NCBI GenBank assembly: GCA_003971905.1
Contig: RSEE01000005.1
Span: forward strand, 1 to 64,000
Direction of reading: 5' to 3'
From: Moniliella sp. 'wahieum'
Lineage: Eukaryota
Length of the DNA stretch: 64,000 nucleotides
Positions 26,074 to 37,512 of the stretch are shown here, piece after piece. The notes under the pieces were generated by a model. It was not told the DNA's origin. It ran no database searches and saw nothing but the letters and a program-made list of their open reading frames with translations. The position numbers were made by a program, and so were the translations under genes. Numbering within the stretch: position 1 is the first letter of the stretch; each line of letters starts with the position of its first letter.

Positions 26074-27039
26074 TCACGCTACGCAAAGATCGAGTGTCGG
26101 GGTACAGTAAGTAAAGAGGAAAGAAAGTGACCATGAGAGCAACGAATGCGAGCGCACCGATACGCTAAGCTTGGGTCCCATGCACCTCCGGCTCTTCGGC
26201 AGGAACCCAGATGAGCCAAAGCCAAAGTGGATCGGGGTGGGGGTGGCGGTAACTACAGGAATGGATGCAGGGGCAGCCGCACCAAAGCCCTTGCCCAAGA
26301 GCGGTTCCGGTTCTGGCTCTGGCTCTGGCTCAGGTTCAGGCGCGAGTGCAGGAGCAGGGGTGGGCTCAGCTGAAGCATGCGATCCTGACGAAACGACATC
26401 CCATGACCCCTGCGAGTCAGCCGACTGAGCCAATTGCTCGTTCTCGTCAGAACTGTCCTCTACGTCGGACTTCGGGGTGGGCTTGCCCTCGATAGCATCC
26501 AGCTCAGTGTCCACCTCGATAAACTTGAGCACCAGGTCGTGCACCGCTTCCGGCACTGCTTCCGACAGGGCCAGCAAGAGCTGAAACGGGTTGGGGTGGA
26601 CACGCACGATGCGGAAGAAAGCTGCTGCTGCAGGAAGGTAGGACGCCTCACCTTCCTTTAGCAACGTCTCTCCTGCTGGGACTGAGACAGGAGGTAACTC
26701 TCCAACTCGGCCGGAGGAGGGGGCAAGAGACCCTGTCAATTTCCCGTCGGACCGCCTTGACCTGGGCCAGAACGGCGTCCTTGAGGAGCTTTTCAGATTG
26801 GGCCTTTGCTTCGGCTTGGGAGCGGGCCTGGGCGCGCTGCTGTTTTTTACTCTGCTGGTCCAGTTGTCGGCGGAAGGAGGTGGAATGACGACGGCGGTAG
26901 TCAAAGAATCTGTGGCAGCAGGTCCCCGTCAGCGCACGGCTCCCCGGCCTTACGAGAGAGATCCGACGTACAGCGCGTAGCCCGCCACAACCGTGGCGAG
27001 CGTCACGCCGGCAACGACGGCAAAGCTGGATGGTTTCAT
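26074..27039 (-). CDS. TOM20: Mitochondrial import receptor Tom20 with extended C-tail
   Basis: MKPSSFAVVAGVTLATVVAGYAL, intron 26910-26971 (gtacgt..ctgac..cag), then FFDYRRRHSTSFRRQL (the Tom20 FDYxRR motif). TPR part: GETLL...AAAAFFRIVRVHPNPFQLL..VP. The true stop is uncertain. Confidence 0.82.
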
Positions 27040-27504
27040 GCCCACAGGGCCATGCGAGGGAAGCGAGGCAAACGCGGTGGGTCGAACGAACGAGGCAGCG
27101 GAGTCAGAACCTCGGCCGGGCTTGTGCGGCGGGAATTGGGTGGCGGGGCTGAGGCGCTGAGGACATGACGCGTCCTAGCGGCGACGCCCAAGACATTTCC
27201 GCGGCGGAATCTTAATTGTTGGCGCGAGCTTGGTTGGGATTGCTTTTTTCCACAGGTTATAGCGCCCTTTGCAGTGGGCTCTTGGGATTCCCGACGCGCC
27301 ATTGGCCCACAAAACTTGTGTAACCCAATCATACGATTGCAGTGGGCGAATAATACGTGAGGCCTGAGGGCCATCTAACTATCACAGTCGTCAAGAGTGT
27401 ACGAGTCCACCTAGGAAGGGATGGGATGGATGCAAGCGTGCATATATGAATGCGCCAAGCTACAGGCAAAGAAAGGAGATGACCGATGAGGTGTGAGAGA
27501 GAGA

Positions 27505-29144
27505 TCAGCCAAAGAGGCGGAACCCCTCATCATTCGGTGCGTCGTCCTTTTCTGGTTCCGAGGCAGACGAGTCGGCCTCGTTGTCCAAGTGGAGACCCTG
27601 AGCGGCCCCGGCCAGCTGAGAAAAAAGGCGGTCGGTTTGGCCCTGACCCCAGGTGGTACGAGGGATGGGGGGCATAAAGTGCAAGATTTTCTCGTGGGTT
27701 TCGTACCGCAACTTGCGGCCCTTGGAAGCCTTTTGGTCGCGTGGCGCCTTGGGGGCTTTATCCCTCCCCAGGCCAGCCGGGGGGAGGGAGACTCCTGCCT
27801 CGCCCATCCCATTAGCCACGGCTGCCCCACCAGCTGCACGCGACTCGATCAATTCCCGCAAGAGCGAGTGATAAAAGTCGGTATCGTCAAACGCATCCTG
27901 GCCCGAAGAAGAAGTCTCCTCCTCTCCAGGCAAACGAACCGCGCAGGTCCACGCCACGTATGTGCGCGTTCGCGTAGTCGCTCAATGGCCTGCGGGTGCA
28001 ACGCACGCTCAATCTGCGCTGTGGCCGATTGGTTGATGGCTTGAATCCGCGATGGCGCAAATTTGTCGGCTGCCCCACCGAGCGCAGGGTCCGCACGAGC
28101 ACGGGACGACCATTTGTCGAGGACTTTACGTCATGTGCCCAGGCTGCTGATGCTAGCGGTGCCGCATCCGCCAAGTGGCCTCGAGAGCATCTCTTGCGTC
28201 CGACAACGAGCCAAACTTGCGTTTCTTACCGCGATACTTGTCGGCAACGTCGGCCAGTTTGGGGGCAAAGACCCAGTCTCGACATGAGCTCGGTGCGCAA
28301 CTGGAATAGCTCGGCGGATACGTTGAGCAATGAGCTAGCCACCTCGACCAATTTCCCTTGGAGGGCGTCGCCGGACCCAGAGGCGGTCAGCAAGGAGAGT
28401 ACGTTGCTCTGTATCATATGTCAGCAAGTCAAGCCTCACCAGCAAGCCACGTCTTCCACGGGATCAAAGGAGACGGACAGAGAAATGAAAGGAGGAAGGA
28501 GCACGTACATCTACGCCTGCAATGGTGCTGTGACCTTTTGGGATCGGATACGCAAGTCAAGCGCCAGCTCATACGCGGCCCGTTGTTTCTCCACGCTCTT
28601 TCCCCGCTTGGCGTCCTGCTCTCGTTGACGCGCCAGGCTTTTGGCCAACTTGTCCTCATCGGCTTGTTGAGCAGCCAGGGTAGGGCCCTCATCCGCATCC
28701 GCATCCGCATCTTCGCCTTCGTCCTCATCCCCATCCTCCTCCTCCTCTTCGTCCTCATCATCCTCATCCTCATCTTGCCTCTCTTCATCGGACTCTGACT
28801 CTTGTGAACTCGCATCCTCTGATGCGCTGGAGCCCTCCTCACTCGTCCTCGTCCTCGTCCTCGTCCCCGTCCTCCATCCTATCCTCATCCTCATCCTCCG
28901 AGGCATGCCCAAACATCTGGGCCGACGTGGTGGGTATGCCCGCATAGCTCGTCTGCGGTCCCGACCTACGCAATTTGGACGACCGAGCGGAGGCGTCGCC
29001 GTAGGTCGCACGCACCGAACGCAAGTCCTGCGCCCGCTGCTCTTTGCGGCTCGGCTGCGGTGCCGCTTGGGGCGACTGGAGCACCGACTCGTACTCGGAT
29101 TCGCTCTCGGACGAAGATCCGGAATCAGCCTCGAGGCGCGGCAT
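27505..29144 (-). CDS. BFR2: Bfr2/AATF ribosome biogenesis factor
   Basis: Acidic N-terminus, LDLRIRSQK, FKPST/NQ segment and TRAUB domain FDDTDFYHSLLRELIE...KASKGRKLRYETHEKILHFMPP. Intron about 28411-28509. Confidence 0.92.
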
Positions 29145-29540
29145 GGTCAAGGTGGCAGTGGTGGTTGGGGTGGTTGGGGTGGCTGGGATAGTTGTTGGGA
29201 TGTTGGGGATGCTGGGGGGGGAGCTGGGTGCTGGGAGTGATGCGGTTGGGTTAATCAGAGGTTTTGAGGAGGGGCGGGAAAAAAAAGTGGGAGCGTATGT
29301 AGCGAGCAGCGGGGCGGAAGGATCGGTGCAAAGGGCGGATTGAATATTGAATTGAGTGCTCGAGCTCTGGTGATTTTTATTAGGGCCGGCGCCGTTGCAC
29401 TGACCTGCATTGGGTTGGAGATGCTGGTTTGGGTTTGTGTCCAGGATTTGGGGAACTAGCAACCACCTGCCCCGACCTACCCGCTGGACACAGGACACAG
29501 GGCACGGGACGCTTGCAGCGCAAGGGCAGACGACTCGACC

Positions 29541-30940
29541 ATGGCCACCAGCACGACGGGGACGTTTAGGATACATCTTTCGACGCCCGACGATGTATCC
29601 CTCGCGTCGTACAACTACCTTTCGGGCCAGGCCCTGCCGGACGAAGAGGCCGACATGGACGTCGACCGGGACGAGCTGTTGGACGAGGCGGAGGATGGAG
29701 AAGGCGAGGCCAAGGCCGACGAGCGCGTGGCGATGATGCATGCCAAAGTGGCCACGGCTGGTGAACATGTAGCGTCATCGGCAACCTATATGCGGGGACA
29801 TGGGACATACTTGGCACCTCCCCCTGGTGCTCGTGCATCGGGCCAACAAGATGCTCATGCGGAGGCTATGGCGGTTGACGTGGACGATGGCGCGGACCCG
29901 TCGCGCCCTGAAGATGAAGAGGGTGAAGAGGTGGTGAACCTGATTTACTCTTCCCTTGCTGGTCCAGTGATTTGGACAAACAAATTAGTGTCGGTCCGGG
30001 CGCTCAGGGCACGCTATGCGCCCGAGGTGGGCGATTTGGTTGTTGGTCGTGTGGTGGAAGTGCAACCTGGAAGCAAACGGTGGAAGGTGGATATCAATGG
30101 CCGGTCTGAAGCCTCTCTCTTGCTCAGTAGCATCAATTTGCCCGGGGGCGTGCAACGCAAGAAACTCGAGTCGGATGAACTGCAAATGCGTGCATTCTTC
30201 AAGGAAGGCGACCTGCTCGTGGCCGAAGTCCAGGCGGTGAACCACGACGGCAGTGTTATCCTCCACACCCGTAGCCTTCGGTACGGCAAGCTACGCAACG
30301 GACTTCTGGTGGCAGTTCAACCGCAGCTGATCCAACGGCTCAAGTCGCATTTTGTCACCCTCTCCAAGGCCCAGGTCGACCTAGTAGTCGGCATGAACGG
30401 ATACACTTGGGTCGCGAAGCACATTGCGTTCGATATGGATCAAGCCGAAGCTGAGGGAAAGCCTACCGAAGAACCCCTGGTCATGTGCAGGAGGCTGAAG
30501 GCCTCGGGGGGCGTGGGATCGGATTTGACATTGATGCCGGAGACGGCGTGTACGGCGACCAAAACGAGGTGAGTACTAGCCAACATCTTCTCATCCCCCA
30601 ATGGAGGTACTGACGTTTTTTATTGTGTAGTATACCCCCCCTGAGCAACGGGTGGCGATCGCTCAAGTGGCTCAACTCCTCGTCTTACTCTCCGATCGCC
30701 ACATTCCATTTCAGAAACGATCGTTGAGCGAGCCTATGAACTGTGGACAAACCAATTTGCTTCGCGCAAGTCCACGGGGGCAGTAGGACAAGCCGCATTT
30801 TACGACCCTGCGGCCAATGCGGCATCCCAACGGAGGGATACGCTTTTGGCTGCCGCACGGGAAGCCGAAGCGTTGGCTACTGGTCCAAAGGGCGATGAGT
30901 TGGTCCAAGGTCTTATCGGTCTGGCGTGCTGCGTGCATAA
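29541..30940 (+). CDS. RRP4: RNA exosome cap subunit Rrp4
   Basis: YMRGHGTY, RYAPEVGDLVVGRV, WKVDI, LLSSINLPGGVQRKK..DELQMRAFFKEGDLLVAEVQ, LHTRSLRYGKLRNG, VGMNGYTW. Intron 30569-30630. Confidence 0.95.
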
Positions 30941-31053
30941 AAACCCATCTACTGTGACATGAAAACCACGAGGGCCGCATTGGAGACATAGACATAAACG
31001 GACGAGAAAGGAAACATAATGAGAAGGCAAATGTAGGAGTCCACATGGACGCT

Positions 31054-33400
31054 TCATGGCTCTGTCCGTACTGTTCGCCGGGCCGTTGCGGTGCCAATCT
31101 GAGTCGCATTGACCTTGGTAGCAAAGCGAAGCGAACAGAGTGTTTCGTTCTGGTGCTCGGCCAAGGGGGAGAGGTTGAGTAGCATGAGGCTTCAAGGGAG
31201 AAGAAAGGGAAATGGTTAGCTGCCGTCTTCTTCAAGCGGACGCATGGGGAAGAGAAACGCACGTCTTTGAGTTGCCTCCGAGCGAGTTCTTAAGCAGCCA
31301 AGTGAGCGTCGAATTGCGGTACGGCACATGCTGCTCGGCCTTGGCGGAGCGAGAACCTGCTTTACCCAGCGCTGCAATCACGTCACCTAAGGCCGAGAGA
31401 GACTTGTTGATGCTCTGGGCTTCGCGTAGGCGCGCTGGATCGTCAGCCGAGCCCGAGTTGGACAGACGCTCTGAGCCTGCCAGGTCAACCAGGTTCAGTA
31501 CCGCTTCCGTCTTTTCTCCCGTAGCCTCATTGTGGCCTACCACGGCCAAGGTAAATACACTGTGGGAGCGCGAAGAGCGGGCGTTCATGGCGGTAGCGGC
31601 GACTTGCCGCTTAGCCTGGGCTCTTGCCAAAAGGGTCATCACCTGGTCTGGGTTATGCAGTGCCACCTCTTCGGCCCCCACGACAATTGTACGCCCGCCC
31701 TGGCTGTCGTGGCGGATTTCGTGTCGCCCCATAGCCGAAGCTGGGTCGTCGGAGGTTGAGGAAAGAAGATCAATAATGCCATCAAGATAGATCTCGACCA
31801 TCTGGCCCGAAAATGTGTATTGCCATCCTCGGGCTCTGAGCTGATCGGCCACCGACCACAGCATCTGCACCGTTCGGGGAATAAGACCAGCTGATGGATC
31901 GGAGAGAGTAGAACTTGTAGGCGAGCCAGAGCGAGGAGGACCTTCGAGTGTGTACGTCTTGCCACTGCCCGTCTGGCCATAAGCAAAGATGCAAGTATTG
32001 TACCCGTCCAACACGCTCTGGGCCAGGTGTTCTACCTCGCCAAAAATCAGTCTGGGAGGCATGCGGGGGCAGGACCCGATCAAAGCGAAGGAATGGAGGA
32101 CATTGGTGGGCGTACCGCTCGCACTTTCCCCCACGATGGCCACCTGCAACTCCCGCTTCCCGTGGGAAAGGCTCCGGATAGCGTATGTCCGCCATGGTGC
32201 GGTCCCCCGCGCCATTCTGGCTGCCGGCATTAACCGCTGGTCGAACGCGAGCGACAACTCGAATGTTGCCCCGGAGCTCTTGGACTTGATTGTGAAGCTT
32301 GCGTCGCAATCGCTCAGCTGCTCTCAGCTCCTCCTCTTTAGCCTGGACCAGACACTCTACCTCAGCCAATTGCGAGCGGAGGGAGGAGACCAACTGACGC
32401 TCATGGTCCACTTCGTCCCGCAGAGCGTCCGCCTGGGTCCGTAGCACACCCACTTGGGTCTCAAGTGCCAAGTGGCCTGCGGTTTGCTCAGCCAACGCAG
32501 ATTGGAGAGTAGAAATCGTCTGCCGCTCTCGCTCCAACGCAGAGGCAGAGTCGGAACGAACACGGTCCAACTGGGCAGACCAATCGTCGCGGTCGCGCCG
32601 ATGAGTGTCACGAAGTGCATCAAGCTGTGCCTGTAGCTGGATCTCACTGACGCTTGGCCCGGATACCGAGGGGATGCGGATCCCCATTGGGCTTTGAGCT
32701 GGGCAAGCTCCTCCTCGTGCCGTTGTCGGTCCTCCTCAAACCGGGCAATGAGGCCTTGCACTTGCCCCTCGAGGGCATCAACGCGGTTTCCTCCTCGAGC
32801 ACTGGGAGGTGGTGCAGCAGTGCTAGCAGCCCTCAGGCTGGTGGCGGCCGAAGCCGAGACTGAGCGGGAAGTAGCGGTGGGGCGTTTGGTGGGGCGGCTG
32901 GAAGAATGGGTGGCTAAAGGCTCTCGCCGGGGCCGAGACCGCGGCTGGCCTGAGTGCTGCTGCTGACGGTGCGGGTGGATTTCGTTTTGGGTTGCGGCTG
33001 AGCCTTGGTGGACGCGGCGGGTCGGACGGGGTTGGTACGGCGCGGGGTGCGGGCAGGGGCGGGAGCGGGAATGCCCGTGGCAGCTGCTGGATGCGATGGC
33101 ACGGGGAGACGCGAGCCGCCAGGCATCATCCTCGACTTGCTTGACTTGCTCGACTCGACGCACTCAAGTAGGCTGCGTTGATCGACTTGATGGCCGTGAT
33201 GGCCTTGCGGGGATTGGCCTGGACGATGCGCACGAGACCCAACACGATGTGGGGGCACTTTCTCAGGCCCAGCCCATGTTGCTTGCCTCGACGCGGAAAT
33301 TGCAGGGCGCGCCGCAGGTCACGTGCCGGGTGTCTCCAGCTCTTCATTGGTTACGTCATCTCGGCTGCTCCTAGCGTGGTCGAGGCGGAGGAACTAAGCA
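31054..33400 (-). CDS. KAR3: C-terminal-motor kinesin-14 (Kar3-like)
   Basis: Coiled coil, then RRKLHNQVQELRGNIRVVARVRP, FAYGQTGSGKTYT, SSRSHSVF, DLAGSER, HVPYRNSTLTWLL..SLGGNSKT, intron 31190-31262, then LMLLNLSP..ETLCSLRFATKVN. The start codon is not resolved. Confidence 0.9.
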
Positions 33401-33915
33401 GAGCGCGTTCCGTTGATCGGGTTGAGCAGAGTGATAAATGACACCACCTCCCCCCCATGCATCCCTCGCACGCGCCTCGCGCCTCGCCACCACCACCAGC
33501 GCCCCCCAACGCACCTCTTCCCGACGCTTCTGCCCGCATTCCCCTGCCCTCTCTCCCTCATCCTCCCATACCGGATGCGGTACCCGGCCATGTGGCTGCT
33601 CCCCGGCGCGGTACTTTCGACTTGACCAGTCAGAACCATCCTGGCCTTTCCCCTCCTTTCGACCCCCCCTCCATTCCCAGCAAACCACGTCCCCGTCCCC
33701 GTCCAGCACGTCCAGGTCCACCGCGCGAAATATCCCAGAGTGCTACACCCTCGGCTCCTAATCTCGCGCCAGCCTCGGCTCTCCCTCCGCCCACTCTTCC
33801 CCACCATCCCTCCCCATCCACAACAGCTGTACCCCTTCCATCCCTTCCCCTCGCATCCCCCACCCAACTCCAAACTTTGCAGCCCCCATATTTATCCCCT
33901 AGGCCCAGCAACAAG

Positions 33916-35150
33916 ATGGCGCCCATCCCCAGCTCCGACTTGTCAGATGAACCGTCTGAGCGCAACACATCCAGCCAGCTCTCCCAGGCCTCCTTCGCGT
34001 CCTTTGCGGAAGCGTCCGATTGTAGCCGAATCGGAGGAAGATGAGTACCAGCCCGGTCCTTCCACGCGCCGGCCGAGGCACGAAACGCGAATCTCGTCAG
34101 AGGATGTAGCTGCGATCCAGGCGGCTCTGGGTCCCCAGAAACGTCAAACCCGGTCTGCGCGTCAACGCGCGGCTCGCATACCCCATCATGACGAGGTGCC
34201 GGCATCCGATGAGGAACAAGGCTTGTCCAAATCATCGTCCACTCGCTCAAGGCCCAAACGCAGGACACCTTCCCCTACCAAACGGGCACATAAACCCGTT
34301 CACGTAGTCGAATCGGACGATGAAGAGAGCGGGAGGGGATGCGACGGTGCCAACATCCAATTTCGAACAGGTACCACCCTCGGATGATGAGCCATATTGG
34401 ATGGCTTCTCCCAGCCCCCACCTGCCAAACGCGGACGCAAGGAAGCTACTACCAGTAAGGGTACGCGTAAGAGACGATCGCCAAAAATTCACCAACCAAG
34501 AAACCGCCTTGCAAGAACAAGGCAAGATCTTCCCGTCCATCTTTGGCTGTCCATTCCGACCGTGACGAACTTTCTCCCCCCCAACTTCGGAAACCAAAGA
34601 AGCCATGCCTTCGGTCGGGAGACGTCGCCTCCAGCCATCGAGGATACAACGATCCTACCCGTCACCCCTGCTCCGGCTGGTGATGGGGCTCAGTCTTCTT
34701 CAGGGACCGTGCCCACATCTATGGGCGATGTATCATTCGATACGTCCCATGGCAATATCAGCATCACCTCCACCGGCTCCGTATCACAAAAGGGCAGGCG
34801 ATCCTTCTATGGAAAGCGTGCGTATTTTCCTCTGCTTCGCCTATCGATCGTTTCATTCTGTGCTGACTCCTGCGCTCAGCCCTCACTTCCGTCCTCTCTC
34901 CTGGAATGTCTCCTCGAGTTGGTCTGACCCGACGCACGCACATCCCTTCCCTCCACCCGTTTCCACTCGTAAACCCGCTCGCCCCCCCCTCGCGCCGGTA
35001 GACCTTACCGCCAAGCAAACGGTCAAAAAAGGTGGGTCCAGCTTAGGCGCGCATCGGTCTACTCAGATTGTGATACAGAGGAGGAAGAGGAACGGTTGGC
35101 CGAACAGCGACGCAAGCAGTTTGAAGAGATCGACGAGGGCTACCTCTAGG
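33916..35150 (+). CDS. Low-complexity, probably disordered protein with sororin-like C-terminal motif (tentative)
   Basis: MAPIPSSDLSDE start and S/R/E/P-rich frameshifted ORFs with a probable intron near 34817-34880. Ends DCDTEEEEERLAEQRRKQFEEIDEGYL*. Confidence 0.45.
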
Positions 35151-35370
35151 TTGCCCACCCCCCCAAACTTACATTTGGTCCCAGGACCCTGTTATCGCAT
35201 GGACTTCATATTTCTTTCATCAGTACTACCAGAGGGTTCGTGGGGCACGTTGGATGCTGCCTTCAATGGATACAATGAAAACGAGCAACATGTACGAATG
35301 GCAATGTGGGAAATCGGATCGGTGAGAGCAAGTGCTGGGGAAAGGTGCTGTCTGTCTGGTGCTAAGTTTT

Positions 35371-36326
35371 TTACAACTCGTCAAAGGGACCACCTAGCTC
35401 AGCGACAATCTCAGCCGCCGAGGAAATGTGGTGGATGCCCCCGGCAGAGGAGGAGACGGTGATGTAACCAGCCACCAAATCACCCTCGTACAGAGCCGCC
35501 TGATAAGGGCTGCGTGTCTTGTCTAAGCTCTCCACGCCCTTGAGAGGGGGGATGATGCGTGAGGATTTGTGCCCGTTGCTAACCTCAATCAGCTCTTCGG
35601 ACTTTACCTGTAAGATGGCCTGTTTGGCCACCATACAGGTACGGCACTCCTCTGCGACCATAAACCTCGTTCCGGCAAACACGCCCGCTGCACCAAGGGC
35701 TCGAGCGGCAGCCGCGGTGCGGTGATTGTACACACCTCCAGCAGCCAAGACGGGGATGTGGAGGGCATCAACAATTTGTGGTACGATAACCATCGTCGAC
35801 ACATCGTTTCCACTCAGTAGCCCGCCTGATTCGTGCCCTGTTGCAACGTAAATGTGCACCCCAGCCTGCTCGGCAGCCAGGGCTTTTCTAACGGTAGGAG
35901 TGATGTCCCGATACACGATGGTTACACCAGCCGCACGGAATCGGTCCAGGTAAGGAGCTGCCTCAGAGAGCGGGTGGTGGTTGACAAAGATGACGACTGG
36001 CACGTTCTCCTCCACAATCACATCGGCCGCAATGGTAGGCCAGATCGCCATGTAATCCACTGCCCCGTTCGCGGGGGTACGATGAAGTTGACGCCGAAAG
36101 GGTGGGTGGTGAGGGTACGAAGTTGTGCACCTCGGCACATAGCTGCTCGCGCGCCTCGCCCAAGTCGCGCATCGGGGTGGTGCGGGGCACTGGGGCCGAG
36201 GGTGCCCAGTCCACCGGCATTGCTCACTGCCGCAGCTAGCTCAGCAGAGGTGATCCAGGAGCAAGGTGCTTGCACAACGGGGTGTCGGATGCCGAGCAGG
36301 TCCTGCACACGCTTTGTCTCGGTCAT
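35371..36326 (-). CDS. Nitronate monooxygenase / FabK-like FMN oxidoreductase, intronless
   Basis: LLGIRHPVVQAP, LAAAVSNAGGLGTLG, PFGVN, ATGHESGG, IVPQIVDALHIPVLAAGGV, LGAAGVFAGTRF..EC. Confidence 0.92.
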
Positions 36327-37512
36327 CGTGCTCGGTGGGAGAGGGGGGGAGATGGTCGGGGGGTTACAGCGGGGTGCCAGCTTCCCGCCGGGACAGGGGG
36401 GCTGCTTAAATCTACTTGAGCCCACAGTTAAAAGGTCCGGGCCGAACTGGGACTGTGATCAATCAACGTAGTCAATATGTCCGGGCCGAGAAATCCGACG
36501 CATCGGACATGTGATTGTCGCGAGTGGCTGCCAGTGGTCCCGACCTGTCCCGACCGGGGGATCAGGCCGGAACAGCCGGAACGGGAAGGTGTGATCCTGG
36601 TGATCAGTGATCGATCGGTCATCCTTTTTCAAGGGTGTTAATTACTCCCAGCGCTCTCCACGCTATATGATGCATGGCAGCGCAGCATATTTTTGCCACC
36701 TTCTTGCCACCATCACTCAACACCCCCTTCTAGCTAACCTACGAACCACTGGGCGTGCTCCCTGTGTAGTTGCTTTGCTTTTACGTCCGCACCCCACACG
36801 TTTCCGCCCTCCCCCTCTCCCCTTAATTCTCTTACATTTTCCTGTCTCCTCTCTCCACCCATACCTGCATCCCTTTGATATATACGGGACCACACACTGG
36901 CCGCGCGGTTTTCTCGAAGTTATCTCTCGTCGAAGCACACATCGGTCGCGCGATAGTCTCGTAAAACGACAAAGGACAAACGATCCACACTGCGGATATC
37001 CTCCGCAGCCACAGCCACTGTGCGTGCCATATGTCACCGGTGGCCCAAATATTAAGCTCGGCCTGTATAGTGGCCCACACCGCGACAGCGCCAACATGTG
37101 TTAGGGGATTGCCTCATAAACGGTATCGATAAGTCTTGGGGAGGGGACTTTGGGAGGGGACCGCTTGTTCACGACGTTCACGGGATATCGGGGGGTCTTG
37201 GGGCGGGGGTACTTACGCGCGGCGGGAGGCCGCCTGGAGATGGAAAGGGGGCTCCTTGTGGGTCGCAAGGAGGATACGATAAAAACTTTCTCATGCAGGC
37301 TGATGCAGCTGATGTGCCTGATGTCTGGTGTGCCTGACGCAGGACACAATGATTAATGATGGGTTAAACCACAGGCACAGAAGCCCAGGTTGGATTGAAC
37401 GTTGTCTATAGACTGCTGAGCGCTGATATATAATCCCCGCAATCCCGCCTGCAAATTCAACACCGCTGATCGCGCGCCCTAATCCCCCCCCTCTTTGCTA
37501 CCATCAACTTCG

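Noticed and set aside
35371..35385. C-terminal FDEL of the NMO as an ER-retention signal
   Set aside because: There is no signal peptide, so it is probably coincidental.
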